Of a stretch of 64,000 nucleotides of DNA, positions 62,508 to 64,000 are shown piece by piece. A model generated the notes under the pieces. That model was not told the origin of the DNA, made no database searches, and was given only the letters and a program-made list of their open reading frames with translations. How positions within the stretch are numbered: the stretch's first letter is position 1; each line of letters opens with the position of its first letter. The position numbers were made by a program, and so were the translations under genes. Source of the DNA: Candidatus Latescibacterota bacterium (GTDB lineage Bacteria; Latescibacterota; UBA2968; UBA8231); contig OZ242318.1 of assembly GCA_965208105.1 (NCBI GenBank), forward strand, positions 4,128,001 through 4,192,000. Direction: 5' to 3'.

Positions 62508-63281
62508 TCACATTCCCATTATGCTGTATCCACCATCCACGTAGAGAATCTCCCCCGTTATCCCCCGGCTCATGGTGCTGCACAGGAACAAAGCAGCATC
62601 CGCCACCTCTTCCACGGTGGTGTTGCGCCGCAGCGCCGCGCGCTCGGCGTGCAGCTTGTGCATGGTGCTGAAATTCTTGATCCCGCGCGCGGCCAGCGTT
62701 TTGATTGGGCCGGCGGAGAGGCCGTTGACGCGGATGCCTTTTGTCCCCAGCTCGCTGGCCAGGTAGCGGACGCCCGATTCCAGGGCAGCTTTGGCCACCC
62801 CCATGACGTTGTAGTTGGCGACTGCCCGCTCGCTGCCCAGGTAGGTCATGGCGACGACGCCCCCGCCCTCGGTCATCAGGTGTTCGGCGCCGTGCACCAG
62901 GCAGTTCAGGGAGTAGGCGCTGACGTCGAGGGCGAGGTGGTAGCCCTGGCGCGAGGTGTCGGTGTAGCGTCCGTCCAGGTCTTCGCGGTTGGCGAAGGCG
63001 ATGGAATGGACCAGGCAATCGAGCCGCCCGCAGGATTCACCAATGGTATCGAAGGCGGCGCCAACCGAATCGTCCTCGGTTACGTCGCACGCTACCAGGA
63101 GTGGCTGTCGCTGCAACTGGCCGACGATCTTTCCGATGCCCTGCTTTTCTCGATCGCCCAGGTAGCCCAGGACCAACCGAGCACCTTCCCGGTCGAGAGC
63201 CCGGGCGATGGCCCAGGCAATGCTGCGGTGGTTGGATACTCCGGTGACAAGGGCGGTTTTATCTTGCATCAACATGAACAT
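62508..63281 (-). CDS. fabI: Enoyl-ACP reductase
   Basis: GVSNHRSIAWAIA, CDV, VHSIAFA, SAYSL, YNVMGVAKAALE, SAGPIKTLAA, ITGE..VDGG. Confidence 0.96.
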   Translation of the reverse strand: MFMLMQDKTALVTGVSNHRSIAWAIARALDREGARLVLGYLGDREKQGIGKIVGQLQRQPLLVACDVTEDDSVGAAFDTIGESCGRLDCLVHSIAFANREDLDGRYTDTSRQGYHLALDVSAYSLNCLVHGAEHLMTEGGGVVAMTYLGSERAVANYNVMGVAKAALESGVRYLASELGTKGIRVNGLSAGPIKTLAARGIKNFSTMHKLHAERAALRRNTTVEEVADAALFLCSTMSRGITGEILYVDGGYSIMGM

Positions 63282-63356
63282 GGCTCCTTTCCGGGTCGTC
63301 TTCGAGGCTGCCACAGCCGGACTCGATATTCCATGTAGACACTTGGGCAATCCCGC

Positions 63357-63998
63357 TTATTCCCGGTGGTGATAGAATACAGGCTTCTCTCCAGGCACGG
63401 GAGAATTGCTCAGTCCGCGTTGGATCACCGCCTCCATGCCTCCGTAGGCTTCCACTTTGGCCGTCTGGTCCACCTTGCACCTGAGGTCGGTGGCCTCCGG
63501 ATCGAGCAGGTCTCGCAGGCGGGCTTCGAGCCCCCGGACCAGGTCCTGGTGGGAGGAAGACCCGGACAGGTCAAGCAGTTCATCCGGGTCGGTCTCGAGA
63601 TCGAATACCTGGGGCGGTTCGTGGGTGTAGTGCACGTACTTGTGGCGCCGGTCGACCAGCATGAAGACGGCGTTCCGCGATCCGGCGGCGTGATATTCAC
63701 TGAAGACCGTGCGGTCGCGGTCCTGCTGGCGGGCGATTTTCCACAGGGATTCCCCTGGCAGGCAGGCGTCCTCGCTTGCGGGCTCCGATCCCACCGCTTC
63801 CAAAACTGTTGGAAAGCAGTCCACCAGTGAAACCGGGGTGCCCACCACCCGGCCTCGGGCCACATCGGGGCCCGCCATGATGAAGGGTAGCGCGGCTGCC
63901 TGCTCGTACATCGTCAGCTTGTTGAACTGTCCCCGCGCTCCCAGCATGGCGCCGTGATCACTGGTGTAAATTATGCGCGTTCTGTCCCGGAGGCCCTG
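63357..63998 (-). CDS. Sulfatase (choline-sulfatase-like), C-terminal part; 5' end outside the window
   Basis: IIYTSDHG.MLG, K..MYE, SLVDCFPT, GESL, FSEYH, KYVHY, FDL..DPDE. Confidence 0.88.
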   Translation of the reverse strand, partial: QGLRDRTRIIYTSDHGAMLGARGQFNKLTMYEQAAALPFIMAGPDVARGRVVGTPVSLVDCFPTVLEAVGSEPASEDACLPGESLWKIARQQDRDRTVFSEYHAAGSRNAVFMLVDRRHKYVHYTHEPPQVFDLETDPDELLDLSGSSSHQDLVRGLEARLRDLLDPEATDLRCKVDQTAKVEAYGGMEAVIQRGLSNSPVPGEKPVFYHHRE

Positions 63999-64000
63999 GG

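Overview
GC-rich bacterial chromosomal segment with about 55 CDS and one tRNA-Arg(TCT). No transposase, integrase, CRISPR array or rRNA is visible. Gene content (bat operon, Gld-like ABC, pyrG-lpt-rpoN, orphan glycoside-hydrolase-like proteins, sulfatase) suggests a diderm environmental bacterium, possibly FCB-group; that taxonomy is inference only. Housekeeping genes: ddl, htpG, proA, lon, clpX-like, gatC, pyrG, lptB, rpoN, fabI, polX, cysQ. The most notable locus (13.9-20.8 kb) is a selenoneine-type cluster: [2Fe-2S] ferredoxin, egtD, senA, senB, a CRP-family regulator and an EgtU/OpuBC-like ABC importer. Its senB frame is broken by one in-frame TGA followed by a weak SECIS-like hairpin, which is either selenium-linked recoding or a recent nonsense mutation/sequence error. 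Other observations: a sigma54 promoter ahead of lon plus an activator with a degenerate receiver domain; a Gld-like ABC module with a tandem-duplicated GldG inside the MoxR/Bat operon; a PolX with altered polymerase aspartates; a 168-bp CTAG-flanked MITE; a divergent pyrG; a very long LptC/LptA-like protein; a ComD/ComE-like plus LarA-domain operon. All family calls come from motif recognition by eye; no database searches were run.
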